In this document: in pieces, positions 9,240-20,103 of the stretch
Layout of the letters: the number at the start of each line of letters is the position of its first letter
Position numbering within the stretch: the first letter of the stretch is position 1
DNA from: an uncultured Planctomycetales bacterium
Lineage (GTDB): Bacteria; Omnitrophota; Gorgyraeia; Zapsychrales; Fredricksoniimonadaceae
Assembly (NCBI GenBank): GCA_964572155.1
Contig: CAZNDZ010000001.1
Span: 79,300-143,299, forward strand
Length of the DNA: 64,000 nucleotides
Direction: 5' to 3'
Translations under genes and position numbers: made by a program
Notes under the pieces: generated by a model
Told to the model about the DNA's origin: nothing
Databases searched by the model: none
Seen by the model: the letters and a program-made list of their open reading frames with translations, nothing else

Positions 9240-10183
9240 GCCGTCCCTTCAAAAATATAACCCATCTCCTCAAGCACAGATGGATTATCCCTCCAATTCT
9301 TGGTTGTCTTCACATACAGCTCTAAGAAAACTTTTTGACCAACTAGCTCTTCGAGATCAGCGCGAGCGGCGGTGCCAATGTTCTTTAATACTTCACCCTT
9401 TTTACCAATCACAATTTCTTTTTGTGTTTCACGCTCGACAATTATCAACGCCTTAATTAATAAGACCTTGCCTTTGCGTGGGCTGACATGCTCAATCTTA
9501 ACGGCGATTGAATGTGGCACTTCCTCACGCATGGTTTGAAATAATTTCTCACGGATCAAATCAGCCATGGCCAGACGCTGAGGCAAATCCGTGATCACAT
9601 CTTCTGGATATAGCAACGGCCCGACTGGCAACATCTCAAATATCATATCCAACAACTTATCAACATTGGTATTTTGTAGCGCCGATAATGGCAAAAGCGT
9701 TAAATGTTTAAGTTCGTGAATTGATTTTCCCGTGGCTGTTTCCCAAAGGTCAATATATTCTTGAATGCATTTACCTTTCTTATAATCCACTTTATTTAAC
9801 CCCACAATGATGGGCACTTTTAATTTCTTAAGTGAATTAACGACAAAATTTTCTTCTTTGCCCACTTGCTCGCTGCTATCAACCAAATGAATCAACACAT
9901 CAACACCCTGCATCGCGCCCATTGAGGAGCGATTCATGAATTTATCTAAACCATCACCGCCTAAATGAAGCCCTGGGGTATCGATAAAAACAATTTGGCC
10001 ACGCTCATCGTGATAAATGCCACGGATTTGCTGACGGGTCGTTTGAGGGATATCTGAGGTGATGGACACCTTCTCACCGACAATCGCATTTAGCAACGTG
10101 GACTTGCCCACATTGGGACGCCCGACGATGCTGACAATGCCGGATTTAAACGCATTACTTTTTTTGACGGTACTTGAAGGCAA
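9236..10183 (-). CDS. era: GTPase Era
   Basis: 315 aa; GRPNVGKSTLLN, DTPG, NKVD, C-terminal KH domain. Confidence 0.9.
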   Translation of the reverse strand: MPSSTVKKSNAFKSGIVSIVGRPNVGKSTLLNAIVGEKVSITSDIPQTTRQQIRGIYHDERGQIVFIDTPGLHLGGDGLDKFMNRSSMGAMQGVDVLIHLVDSSEQVGKEENFVVNSLKKLKVPIIVGLNKVDYKKGKCIQEYIDLWETATGKSIHELKHLTLLPLSALQNTNVDKLLDMIFEMLPVGPLLYPEDVITDLPQRLAMADLIREKLFQTMREEVPHSIAVKIEHVSPRKGKVLLIKALIIVERETQKEIVIGKKGEVLKNIGTAARADLEELVGQKVFLELYVKTTKNWRDNPSVLEEMGYIFEGTA

Positions 10184-10427
10184 CGATCACCACCCCTGTA
10201 AACAACGTTATATTCACAATGCTAAAAGACTTTAAAACCACATCATGCGAGAGCAGCCCATTGGGCAACATCATGAGCGAACAAACCCAAACACCAACAA
10301 GCCAGCTTGCCGATAAATCTGCGGAAGAACGACGCTTGCAAATATTAATGATCAGTGGGATGTTCCATAATGGCAAGCCAACCGACGCTACTAACCCCAT
10401 CTTTTCGACAAATGATAAGCTTTCCAT
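10155..10427 (-). CDS. small 3-TM membrane protein, possibly PQ-loop/SemiSWEET-like
   Basis: 90 aa, three hydrophobic segments; pattern P..N.P....I.KRRS..D.S resembles the SemiSWEET TM1 region; 29-nt overlap with era start. Confidence 0.3.
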   Translation of the reverse strand: MESLSFVEKMGLVASVGLPLWNIPLIINICKRRSSADLSASWLVGVWVCSLMMLPNGLLSHDVVLKSFSIVNITLFTGVVIVAFKYRQKK

Positions 10428-10428
10428 A

Positions 10429-11331
10429 TTAGATGCTAAAAAACTTAACTAAGTGTTTCATACGTTCTTCAACCTCACGCATGGACAATGGTGCGGTTTT
10501 CGCCATCCCAAAGCCTTCGACGTTAAACGAAGCGACCGTCGTCGCATATAGTAACGCTTTACGTAAATTACGTTCATCTACTTTATTAACCTTGCTTAAA
10601 TACCCCATGAGCCCGCCGGCAAATGTATCCCCTGCACCGGTTGGGTCAACAACCTTGGTGACGGGATAGGCAGGAAATGAGAACATAAAACTTTTGCTGT
10701 AAAATAAAACCCCATGTTCGCCTTTTTTCAAGACCACCATGCGCGGCCCCATCGCAGACAATGCCTTAGCCGCCATGATCAAATTATGTTCCCCCGTCAA
10801 GGCGCGTGCTTCACTGTCATTAGCGACGAATAAATGCACTTGTTTCATCAAGCGCTTTAAAGATTTTAATTTGATATTAATCCACAAGTTCATGCTATCC
10901 AACCCAATTAATTGCGGGGACTTCACTTGAGAAATCAACTTTAATTGCAAATCTGGATCAAAGTTTGCTAAGAATAAATTTGGCAAATGCTTTTGATGAT
11001 CAGTTAGTGACGGAGAATAACTTTCCAAGACGCCTAACTGGGTGCCTAAGGTTAACGCGGTATTAAAATCACCCTTTTTATATTCACCTGTCCAACGAAA
11101 TGTTTTGCCAGAACCGATTTGCAACGATGTTAAATCAATGCCTTTGCGACGCAAAAAATCTAAATGACGCGCAGGAAAATCTTTACCTACAACAGCCACC
11201 AAATGCACGGGCGTAAATAAACGTGCACTCATGGAAAAATGTGCAGCTGACCCACCCAACATATCTTTTTTACTTCCCGACGGTGTTTTAACATGGTCCA
11301 ATGCCACGGTCCCTAAAACTACTAAACTCAT
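10429..11331 (-). CDS. PfkB-family carbohydrate kinase (ribokinase-like)
   Basis: 300 aa; DPTGAGDTFAGG signature. Confidence 0.8.
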   Translation of the reverse strand: MSLVVLGTVALDHVKTPSGSKKDMLGGSAAHFSMSARLFTPVHLVAVVGKDFPARHLDFLRRKGIDLTSLQIGSGKTFRWTGEYKKGDFNTALTLGTQLGVLESYSPSLTDHQKHLPNLFLANFDPDLQLKLISQVKSPQLIGLDSMNLWINIKLKSLKRLMKQVHLFVANDSEARALTGEHNLIMAAKALSAMGPRMVVLKKGEHGVLFYSKSFMFSFPAYPVTKVVDPTGAGDTFAGGLMGYLSKVNKVDERNLRKALLYATTVASFNVEGFGMAKTAPLSMREVEERMKHLVKFFSI

Positions 11332-11753
11332 GCGTGTTCTCCCTTTGACGTTGCTTTCTTCTTTTTCTTTTCCATGTCTTTTAAGAATGCCTGAACATGT
11401 GTGTCTTTAAGTAAATTGCTTAAATCTGCGTCTTGACGCATAAACGCAAAATCATCATAACCACAGTCGATGGCTTCGGCCAATGTGGCAAGTGCGGCGC
11501 GCGTGTTATTTAACAGCGCATAGGAACAAGCCAAATTATATAAAACATTTGGATCTTGCGGACGCAATTTTGAAAGCTTGATATCCACATCCAAGCCTTT
11601 TTGCCAATGACCCGCGCGGGTATAAAGATCCCCCATCACGACGAGGGCTTCGATAAAATTTGGCGCTTCTTTTAAAATATTTTCATAAAAAGCTATTTCA
11701 AATTCAATGTCATCTTTGCTCTTAGGAAGCTTTTTGGCATGTTCTTTACGCAC
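11328..11753 (-). CDS. TPR-repeat protein
   Basis: 141 aa; TPR-like helical repeats, lysine-rich tail. Confidence 0.6.
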   Translation of the reverse strand: MRKEHAKKLPKSKDDIEFEIAFYENILKEAPNFIEALVVMGDLYTRAGHWQKGLDVDIKLSKLRPQDPNVLYNLACSYALLNNTRAALATLAEAIDCGYDDFAFMRQDADLSNLLKDTHVQAFLKDMEKKKKKATSKGEHA

Positions 11754-11773
11754 GTAAGGTTCCTTCCTAGGTA

Positions 11774-12925
<1,152 letters not shown>

Positions 12926-12932
12926 ATATTTC

Positions 12933-13262
12933 CTAATACGAAATGTTCTCTCGGCGTTCCTTCTTGCTGTGATGCAGGACTTGACCATCTTCTTTATATT
13001 TGCGCAACAAGAAATGCGTTGCGGTTTGGCGCACATTGGCCATGGACGATAATTTAGCCGCTACAAAATCAGCAATATTGGTGATATTATCGCCTTCGAC
13101 AACAACCAATAAATCATACCCGCCGGAAACTAAGTAGCAGGTTTTAACTTCTGGATAACTATAAATGCGTTCGGCGATTTGATCAAAGCCCACATCTTTT
13201 TGTGGGGTGATGCTCACTTCAATCAACGCGCGAACAACGGTTGAACTTGCTGCTTTTGCCAT
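12933..13262 (-). CDS. Lrp/AsnC-type RAM (ligand-binding) domain protein without N-terminal HTH
   Basis: 109 aa; resembles the C-terminal regulatory domain of AsnC/Lrp only. Confidence 0.5.
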   Translation of the reverse strand: MAKAASSTVVRALIEVSITPQKDVGFDQIAERIYSYPEVKTCYLVSGGYDLLVVVEGDNITNIADFVAAKLSSMANVRQTATHFLLRKYKEDGQVLHHSKKERRENISY

Positions 13263-13274
13263 ACCCTGCTCCTC

Positions 13275-14240
13275 TTATTTTTTATTACTAAAAAGCACGC
13301 GTTTTTCTAAAACACCGATTTGCGTTTTTAGAAGCGTGATATTTTCTTTAAGTTCTTTGATCTCATTGACGAGCTTCTTATTGCGCGCATCGCCTTGAAC
13401 AATGGCGTGCACCATTTCTTTACGACCAGCACTCCATGAACTATCTAAAGAAGATGAGGATTTTAACACTTCAATCCTCTTTTCGAAAGCACGAATTTTT
13501 ACTTCCAATTCTTCCTTTTTCGCATGCATCAAATAATATTTTGATTTATCCGCTGGCGCCGTCGCTAAAGGCTTTCCTGACAAGGCCGTTTTTTGAGATT
13601 GCAACGCAGTCAACTTATTCCTTAATTGATCAATCTCTGCGGAAGACCCGCTATAACCACTACCACTCATTTGTTGCATTAAAGCTGCTTCTGCCTGTGT
13701 TTGAGCCGCTAAATCCTTACGCAACGCAACAAGCTCCGGATCTTCCACCGCTGGCATTACTTGTTTTGCCGCATTTTCGCCTTGATGCAATTCATACTCA
13801 GAAACCTTCAGCCGCTTTTCTTCCAATTGTTTTTCAACTTGCTCCGCCTTAGCATGCTCAGTTTTATAGTCGAGCAAGGTTTTATTTAAGAGCAATCGCT
13901 TTAAATTCAACTGATCATTTAACACATCCAAACGCAAATCTTGATCCGACTTACCCGCACGCTGCTTTAAAAACGCATTTAACGCATCAATTTTCTGACG
14001 CTGCTCCTCAATCAATTTGATCAAATCTTTTTCCTGCACCTTATCTTGATTATACTGACGCGTTAACTCATCGTTCTGTCGAATCAACACATCCACCTGC
14101 CCCCGAATCGCATCCACACTATTCTGCCACTGCTGCAACGCAGAACCACCAACCCCCCCTTGATACATGGGAGACAGCTCCTGCGCCGAGGCATATGATG
14201 ATAAAAGCAATAAACTAAAAATTATACATAAACGCATCAT
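13275..14240 (-). CDS. secreted coiled-coil protein (signal peptide)
   Basis: 321 aa; N-terminal MMRLCIIFSLLLLSSYASA, Q/E/K/L-rich heptad-like repeats. Confidence 0.6.
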   Translation of the reverse strand: MMRLCIIFSLLLLSSYASAQELSPMYQGGVGGSALQQWQNSVDAIRGQVDVLIRQNDELTRQYNQDKVQEKDLIKLIEEQRQKIDALNAFLKQRAGKSDQDLRLDVLNDQLNLKRLLLNKTLLDYKTEHAKAEQVEKQLEEKRLKVSEYELHQGENAAKQVMPAVEDPELVALRKDLAAQTQAEAALMQQMSGSGYSGSSAEIDQLRNKLTALQSQKTALSGKPLATAPADKSKYYLMHAKKEELEVKIRAFEKRIEVLKSSSSLDSSWSAGRKEMVHAIVQGDARNKKLVNEIKELKENITLLKTQIGVLEKRVLFSNKK

Positions 14241-14383
14241 AGGTGTAATTATACCTTTTTATTCTCGAAGAGGCAATGGAGGATATAAACTTTTAAAATT
14301 ACAATATCCTAGTAGCAATGATCCTGTTGAATGTTATAAAATGAGAAATACTCTCAACATATATCTTAACCATTAAGGTTCAT
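14241..14383. promoter_or_regulatory. AT-rich divergent intergenic region, likely bidirectional promoters
   Basis: 143-bp spacer between divergently oriented genes. Confidence 0.3.
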
Positions 14384-15604
14384 TTGATAAAACAACTCAG
14401 ACTATATTTCGACCAACAAATTAACGAAATAAACGATGATGCGGCATTGCGCCTTTATGGAGCGTTTATTTCCATGACATTTGCTGTTGTTGCATTTCAT
14501 TGGATTTTCCATCGATTCGCCAGCATCATCTCATTCCAACCAATCTGCTGGCCATTCTTTGAAAATTGCTTCCAATATAGACTACTATCTATCGATCAAA
14601 TTAGAATTATTTTTTATTTGCTAGGTGGCCTTGCACTTATTGGCACCGTACTATTTCTCATTCCCAAATACTCTCGCATTGCCTTTTGGTGGTTACTATG
14701 CATGGATCTATTATACGCCATCGTTTATACGCAAGATTTTCGATTCCATTGCGAGCAAAATATTATCCTAAATTGGGTGACGCTTTCTTTCTTATGTTTA
14801 CCAAATAAGCGTAATGGTTTAAGGTATTTGCTCGTTTTTATTTATTTTTGTGCCAGTTTATTAAAGTTTAATAATGGATGGATTTCCGGCAATAACCTGT
14901 ATAAAGATTTACTGTGGATTAAGGGCTCTTGGGTTTCGGTTGCATGTATATACGTCGTTGTTTTAGAAGCAATCCTTGTATTTGGATTACTAGCTAAACA
15001 AAATTGGATTTTTTGGCTAACCTTATTTCAACTTATCCTGTTTCACTTAATGTCATGGCCGATCGTCGGTTTTTATTACCCCATCGTCATGTTTTGCATG
15101 TTAAGCATTTTCCCATTAACACATTTCTTAAATTACCGTGAACAGTCCATGAGTTTAATTCTCTCATTGCTCAAAGGAAAGCAAGCCATATCCACGTATA
15201 TTTGCATTGCAATATTGCTTGGTTTTCAGATTTTTCCCATGACTTTTCCGGGAAACAGTAAAATCACCAGCGAAGGGCGCATTATTTCACTACATATGTT
15301 TGACGCGCGCATACAATGCGAAGGCTTATTAACACTTAAATTCAAGAACGGCCTTAATGTCCCCATCGCAGTCCCTATACGAGAAACAGTGAGAATAAAA
15401 TGTGACCCTCTTGTTTATTTTAGTATAGCTAAACGATATTGCTGGATCTATAAACAAGATCCTAACTTTCTGGATATTGACCTAAAATATAATGCCTGCC
15501 AAATCAAAGAACCCCCCATGAAACCATTAGTCAACATTACCAATTTTTGCCAACAAAATCTACATTACAATATGTTTAAAACTAATGAATGGGTAATTAA
15601 ATAA
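14384..15604 (+). CDS. polytopic membrane protein, possibly HTTM (vitamin-K gamma-carboxylase-like) family
   Basis: 406 aa; at least 8 hydrophobic helices and a Cys-containing C-terminal region; family assignment is tentative. Confidence 0.35.
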   Translation: MIKQLRLYFDQQINEINDDAALRLYGAFISMTFAVVAFHWIFHRFASIISFQPICWPFFENCFQYRLLSIDQIRIIFYLLGGLALIGTVLFLIPKYSRIAFWWLLCMDLLYAIVYTQDFRFHCEQNIILNWVTLSFLCLPNKRNGLRYLLVFIYFCASLLKFNNGWISGNNLYKDLLWIKGSWVSVACIYVVVLEAILVFGLLAKQNWIFWLTLFQLILFHLMSWPIVGFYYPIVMFCMLSIFPLTHFLNYREQSMSLILSLLKGKQAISTYICIAILLGFQIFPMTFPGNSKITSEGRIISLHMFDARIQCEGLLTLKFKNGLNVPIAVPIRETVRIKCDPLVYFSIAKRYCWIYKQDPNFLDIDLKYNACQIKEPPMKPLVNITNFCQQNLHYNMFKTNEWVIK

Positions 15605-15611
15605 CCATTGA

Positions 15612-16859
15612 CTATCTGTAGTCTGGTGGTGGGACGTAACACGCATCATGACTAGAATTGTACACACAAAAACACTCTGGTGCTGAAGGCCCCATATCAC
15701 AAGGCGCGTAGTAATACGGAAGCCCGCAAGAATTTCCACCAAAAGCTGGGGTAGGATTATTACAACTAATGACTTTATATCCAGCACAAGAACCTGAATA
15801 ATATGGATAACATTGGGATCCTGAATTCCATCCACCATTAACCGACACACACCCATTACCCCTATATGCATAACCTCTTATTTCTGAAGGATCGTGCCCG
15901 CCACCCCCATCCCATGATGTAACATCTAGATGTTTTGCGCTTACTCTAATATCTACACAATTAAGATTATCATTGCCATCCGAAGCATTGCAACCCCAAG
16001 CAACGTTGCCAGCGCAACTTCCTTCCCATGGACCTCCATCTTTTCTATAAGAATAATTTAAATCATCCGCACATATTTGAAGTACAAAATTTACCGCTGT
16101 TGGATAAGTACCAGAGCTATATTGATTATACACGCCTCCAGCGTAAATAGTCTCAACCTGCTCACAAGGACAATTTACCGCATCGCAAGTCTTTGTTTGA
16201 GGACAAAATGATAAATCGACACTAACCCCATCACTACGTAGACAACTCGTCGGAGACAATGTCGACGCTGCAGAACCACAAGCTGAAGGACATGCAGCAT
16301 ACCCTGGCGTATATGTACACCCTGCCGTTGCGGTGATGTTGCGTCGGCTATCGCCAACACATGGTGTACCGGCGTACTGAGCGTTATTTAAATAATAGCA
16401 TTGCCGTGTTTCAGTGCAATTCCCACACGCACCCTCACATCCAGTCCATGGTCCCCAACCACCATTATCACAACCCGCATGAAAGGTTAAAACATTTGCA
16501 TTATTAGCCGCCCACGTTAAGAAACTTTGATACTCTGCTTGTGTTTTGGCAGGTATAAATAGGCTCACGCCATTGTTAACTGACATAATATAATTACAAT
16601 ATGAAATTGTTTGATTATGATACTCGTAAGAAGATTCGAGCTTTATCTTTGAATCACCTGTAGCTTTGCAACCATTTGTATCGTTGGATTTACAATCATA
16701 CGTGGTTGATTGTCTATCTAATGTGGAATATGTATCATTTGAACTAATATCAATGGTTTGCGTGTCCGTAGCTAATGAAGAACTGGTGAGTAAACAAAAA
16801 AATACGCACGTTGCAAGAACAACGCCTGTAAACAACTTATGTGATTTGCGTATTTTCAT
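15612..16859 (-). CDS. secreted cysteine-rich protein with thrombospondin type-1-like repeat(s)
   Basis: 415 aa; signal peptide; about 40 Cys, Gly/Tyr-rich; GGWGPWTGCEGACGNCTETRQC matches W-x-x-W-x-x-C...C-G...R-x-C of TSP1 repeats. Confidence 0.55.
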   Translation of the reverse strand: MKIRKSHKLFTGVVLATCVFFCLLTSSSLATDTQTIDISSNDTYSTLDRQSTTYDCKSNDTNGCKATGDSKIKLESSYEYHNQTISYCNYIMSVNNGVSLFIPAKTQAEYQSFLTWAANNANVLTFHAGCDNGGWGPWTGCEGACGNCTETRQCYYLNNAQYAGTPCVGDSRRNITATAGCTYTPGYAACPSACGSAASTLSPTSCLRSDGVSVDLSFCPQTKTCDAVNCPCEQVETIYAGGVYNQYSSGTYPTAVNFVLQICADDLNYSYRKDGGPWEGSCAGNVAWGCNASDGNDNLNCVDIRVSAKHLDVTSWDGGGGHDPSEIRGYAYRGNGCVSVNGGWNSGSQCYPYYSGSCAGYKVISCNNPTPAFGGNSCGLPYYYAPCDMGPSAPECFCVYNSSHDACYVPPPDYR

Positions 16860-16913
16860 ATGCCTCTCCTACTAAAAGTCTACCCTATGTGCTACATAAA
16901 TCAAGCCCTCTGG

Positions 16914-17738
16914 TTATTTTTTTGAAAGCGCTTTCTTCGTCTGGGTTTTAAGATTTATGCGTATTAGACCTAATAATGAATTTGACATAAACATCGATGT
17001 TGTGTTTTTTAGCATTTTTGGAGTGATGGGTTTCTCTTGAATCAAAAGGCCCATTTTCTTGGATAAATCAATGACGCGTTGACGCGTGATGCCGTTTAAA
17101 CAACCACTAGATAACGGCGGGGTGAACCATTGATTATGATGAAGGATGAAAATATTGCCGCGGGTGGTTTCGAAAATGTGGCCTGCTTTATTAACTAGGA
17201 TGGCTTCGTCATAACCTAAATGTTGCGCTTGAGCTAGGGCATCGGCAAAGCATGCGTAGTCTAGTGATTTGACGTTGGCGTATCGTCGATTTGCAGGGCG
17301 ATTGGTTTTTATTAACGTGGCTTTCAAGCCTTTTTTATATTGGCTTTCTGTATAAGGCTTATACGGCAACAGCATGCACAGGCAATGCACCTGCGTGCCT
17401 GTTTTAAAGACCATCAGCCGCAGCCGTCCCTCTTTACTTAACGCATTCTTCTTAACCACTTGATGGATAATGGCTTTAAACCCTGCTAATTTGCTAGGAG
17501 ATTTTATTTTTATGACTTTCAAGCCTTTTAAAAGCCGCATTACATGTGCATCTAAATCATCGACCTTTTTACCTTGCACCAACATGGTCTCAAAAACACC
17601 GTGGTATTTTACGCGGCCTGGGGTGAAGATATCAAGTTGCTTTACATCAGCTTTTACATACTTGCTGTCGATATATAGAACTGGTCTTAGATCCAATCTC
17701 TCCCTACTTTCTCGGATACTGATTAGGATATCAGACAT
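16914..17738 (-). CDS. pabC: aminodeoxychorismate lyase / class IV aminotransferase (PabC-like); start chosen at MSDILISI
   Basis: Fold-type IV PLP enzyme motifs (ETTRGNIFI, GCLNGITRQ); longer ORF to 17870 would overlap hicB. Confidence 0.65.
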   Translation of the reverse strand: MSDILISIRESRERLDLRPVLYIDSKYVKADVKQLDIFTPGRVKYHGVFETMLVQGKKVDDLDAHVMRLLKGLKVIKIKSPSKLAGFKAIIHQVVKKNALSKEGRLRLMVFKTGTQVHCLCMLLPYKPYTESQYKKGLKATLIKTNRPANRRYANVKSLDYACFADALAQAQHLGYDEAILVNKAGHIFETTRGNIFILHHNQWFTPPLSSGCLNGITRQRVIDLSKKMGLLIQEKPITPKMLKNTTSMFMSNSLLGLIRINLKTQTKKALSKK

Positions 17739-17796
17739 GGTTGCTTGTGTTCTAACAGAGGAGACATCCAGCGGTGATATAGAAGTATGCTTGTTT

Positions 17797-18006
17797 TCAG
17801 ACAATAACATATTCAGATACTGCGTGAGATTTTGGAACGGGGATCCTATCTTCAATAAGGCCCTGCACATGTAATTTTATTGCTTCGTACATATTCTTTT
17901 CCGTCTCCGCTAATGTGCGACCAGTGGCAACACATCCTGGAAGATCAGGCGAATAAGCAGAAAAATTCTTTTTAGCTTGTTCAATAACAATTAAGAAACG
18001 ACGCAT
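17797..18006 (-). CDS. hicB: HicB-family antitoxin
   Basis: 69 aa; YSPDLPGCVATGRTLAE is the typical HicB N-terminal (RNase-H-like) motif. Confidence 0.7.
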   Translation of the reverse strand: MRRFLIVIEQAKKNFSAYSPDLPGCVATGRTLAETEKNMYEAIKLHVQGLIEDRIPVPKSHAVSEYVIV

Positions 18007-18200
18007 TATATTTCCCCTTTTAATTTAGCTTGCTTTAAGATGCTGTTCAATGTTCCCCGTGCTAAATCATGCCCTAGATTTCCAGCAATAGTAACTCTTC
18101 CAGGCTTATCAGGATATTTAAACTGACGATGGCTACCGCTTGTTACAACCCAATACCAGCCATCTTTTTCAATCATTTTAATAGCATCTCTAACCTTCAT
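18006..18200 (-). CDS. hicA: HicA-family mRNA interferase toxin
   Basis: 64 aa; IEKDGWYWVVTSGSHRQFKYP is the YcfA/HicA signature; abuts hicB. Confidence 0.7.
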   Translation of the reverse strand: MKVRDAIKMIEKDGWYWVVTSGSHRQFKYPDKPGRVTIAGNLGHDLARGTLNSILKQAKLKGEI

Positions 18201-18262
18201 TGTTATAGTTTAACATTACCTACACTTTTCATCCATGAATAATTTACTTCACCCTTACCCAA

Positions 18263-19483
18263 TTATTTAGATAAAGACCGAATGGCTTGTTCCATGGCTT
18301 TGGCTTTGAGGGTTGTTTCAGCGTATTCTTGGGCGGGATTGGAGTCAGCGACGATGCCGCCGCCTACATGGTAGCGGATATTCTTTTTGGTGACCAGCAT
18401 AGAACGGATTAAAACGCTTAGATCCATGTTGCCATCAGAATCAATATATCCAAAGGCGCCGGTATAAAATCCTCGGGGTGCTTTCTCAATTTTTTTGATA
18501 AGCTTCATTGCAGCTATTTTAGGACAGCCTGTGACTGAGCCACTAGGGAAGGTTGCTTTGATCAGATCAAGGGTATCGTAATCTTTATGAAGCTTTCCTT
18601 CAATCGTCGCTGTTGCTTGAAAAACGGTCTTATAACGTTCGATGGTGCGCATGGATGTTACTTTGACCGAACCATAGTCGCAGACGCGCCCTAGGTCATT
18701 GCGTTCAAGGTCTGTGACCATCAACAACTCGGCGATTTCTTTCGCGCTATGTTTAAGATCTTCGCGCAAGCGCGTGTCTTCTGCTTTTGTCTTTCCCCGA
18801 GGGCGCGTGCCCTTCATGGGTTTAACTGAAACAATGCCTTGATCTAATTTTAAGAAACGCTCTGGAGAAGAACTTAAAATCTGCTTATCACCACAATCAT
18901 AGTATGCGGCAAATGGCGACGGGGAAAAAGTGCGCAAAGCTGCATATAAAGCCATGGGATCAATCTGAACGTTAGCTTGAATGACCCTTGAAAGGTTAAT
19001 TTGATAAATATCGCCACGCGTAATGGCCTCGAGTGCATGCTTTACAGCGTTGACATACGCTGTTTTATTAAAATTGCTTTTAAAGGTCACGCGTTGTGGT
19101 TGAATCACAGGCACCGTCGTGGGTGCATGCTCTAGGATATCTACGATATTACTTATTGATTGTTGTGTTGCCGCATGAATGGTGATGCGTTGTGTTTTAT
19201 GGTTAATTGCAAGCCACTGTTGATACAAACCAAAATGAAAATCACCTTCGTATCCAATATAGCCAACAGCTTTCGCTTTTAGTTTACGTTGTCCTTGAAG
19301 GACGGCACACAGTTGATTCAAATTTTTTCCAACAATGACTTTAACCGGAGAAAACCCTATATAGGAATGAACATGGGCGGTATTGCGCAGGCTGGAATCT
19401 AAAAAAAATAGGCCGCTCTTGCCGCTAAATTTCTTTAATACGGCAAAAGTATCACCTTTAAAGGACAATGATTTTTTTATCAT
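18263..19483 (-). CDS. pabB: aminodeoxychorismate synthase component I (chorismate-binding enzyme)
   Basis: 406 aa; chorismate-binding C-terminal motifs (GAFGYIDSDGNMDLSVLIRS, GGGIVADSNPAQEYAET). Confidence 0.8.
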   Translation of the reverse strand: MIKKSLSFKGDTFAVLKKFSGKSGLFFLDSSLRNTAHVHSYIGFSPVKVIVGKNLNQLCAVLQGQRKLKAKAVGYIGYEGDFHFGLYQQWLAINHKTQRITIHAATQQSISNIVDILEHAPTTVPVIQPQRVTFKSNFNKTAYVNAVKHALEAITRGDIYQINLSRVIQANVQIDPMALYAALRTFSPSPFAAYYDCGDKQILSSSPERFLKLDQGIVSVKPMKGTRPRGKTKAEDTRLREDLKHSAKEIAELLMVTDLERNDLGRVCDYGSVKVTSMRTIERYKTVFQATATIEGKLHKDYDTLDLIKATFPSGSVTGCPKIAAMKLIKKIEKAPRGFYTGAFGYIDSDGNMDLSVLIRSMLVTKKNIRYHVGGGIVADSNPAQEYAETTLKAKAMEQAIRSLSK

Positions 19484-20103
19484 TAAAATAACGATGATTG
19501 TGCGACACTGGCTGTCTTAAAGACCGGTTTCTCGACGCTAAACTGTGCAAAAAATTTCTGGATCTGACCTAGATCTTGCGTTTGGGCTTTTTCAATCAAA
19601 CGCAATAAAACCTTCACGGTGATCTCAACGTCGGCTAAAGCGCGATGGGTTTGATTGACGGTAATCCCCAAGGCGCGTGCTAAATACGCCAACTTATAGG
19701 TGCTTAAATAGGGGAACAATTCCTTGGCCATTTTAAGCGTATCGATCGCTGGTGTTTGTTCTTTAAGCTTACGGTTGTGTAATGATAATTCATAACAAAC
19801 AAAATTCAAGTCAAAACGCACATTGTGGCCAGCCACACAAGCGCCGCCGACAAAATCTACAAATTTTGGTAACACATCTTCTGAAAATGGTGCATCAGCT
19901 ATCATGTCTTCGGTGATGCCGTTAACGCTCATGGCTGCAGCAGGCAAAAAACGCTTAGGGTTTACCAAAGAATAAAATTGATCAACAACCTCTAAGCCTC
20001 TGACTTTCATGGCGGCAATCTCTACAATACGGTCACCGTCGATCGGCGACAAACCTGTTGTTTCCACGTCAAAGACTACTATTTCTAAGCCATTGATATT
20101 CAT
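19483..20103 (-). CDS. DEDDh 3'-5' exonuclease (DnaQ/epsilon-like)
   Basis: 206 aa; Exo I VVFDVETTGL, Exo II GHNVRFD, Exo III H...D. Confidence 0.75.
   Translation of the reverse strand: MNINGLEIVVFDVETTGLSPIDGDRIVEIAAMKVRGLEVVDQFYSLVNPKRFLPAAAMSVNGITEDMIADAPFSEDVLPKFVDFVGGACVAGHNVRFDLNFVCYELSLHNRKLKEQTPAIDTLKMAKELFPYLSTYKLAYLARALGITVNQTHRALADVEITVKVLLRLIEKAQTQDLGQIQKFFAQFSVEKPVFKTASVAQSSLF

Noticed and set aside
15560-15871. 103-aa minus-strand ORF spanning the convergent junction of 14384..15604 and 15612..16859
   Set aside because: It overlaps both neighbouring, better-supported genes and has a low-complexity translation.
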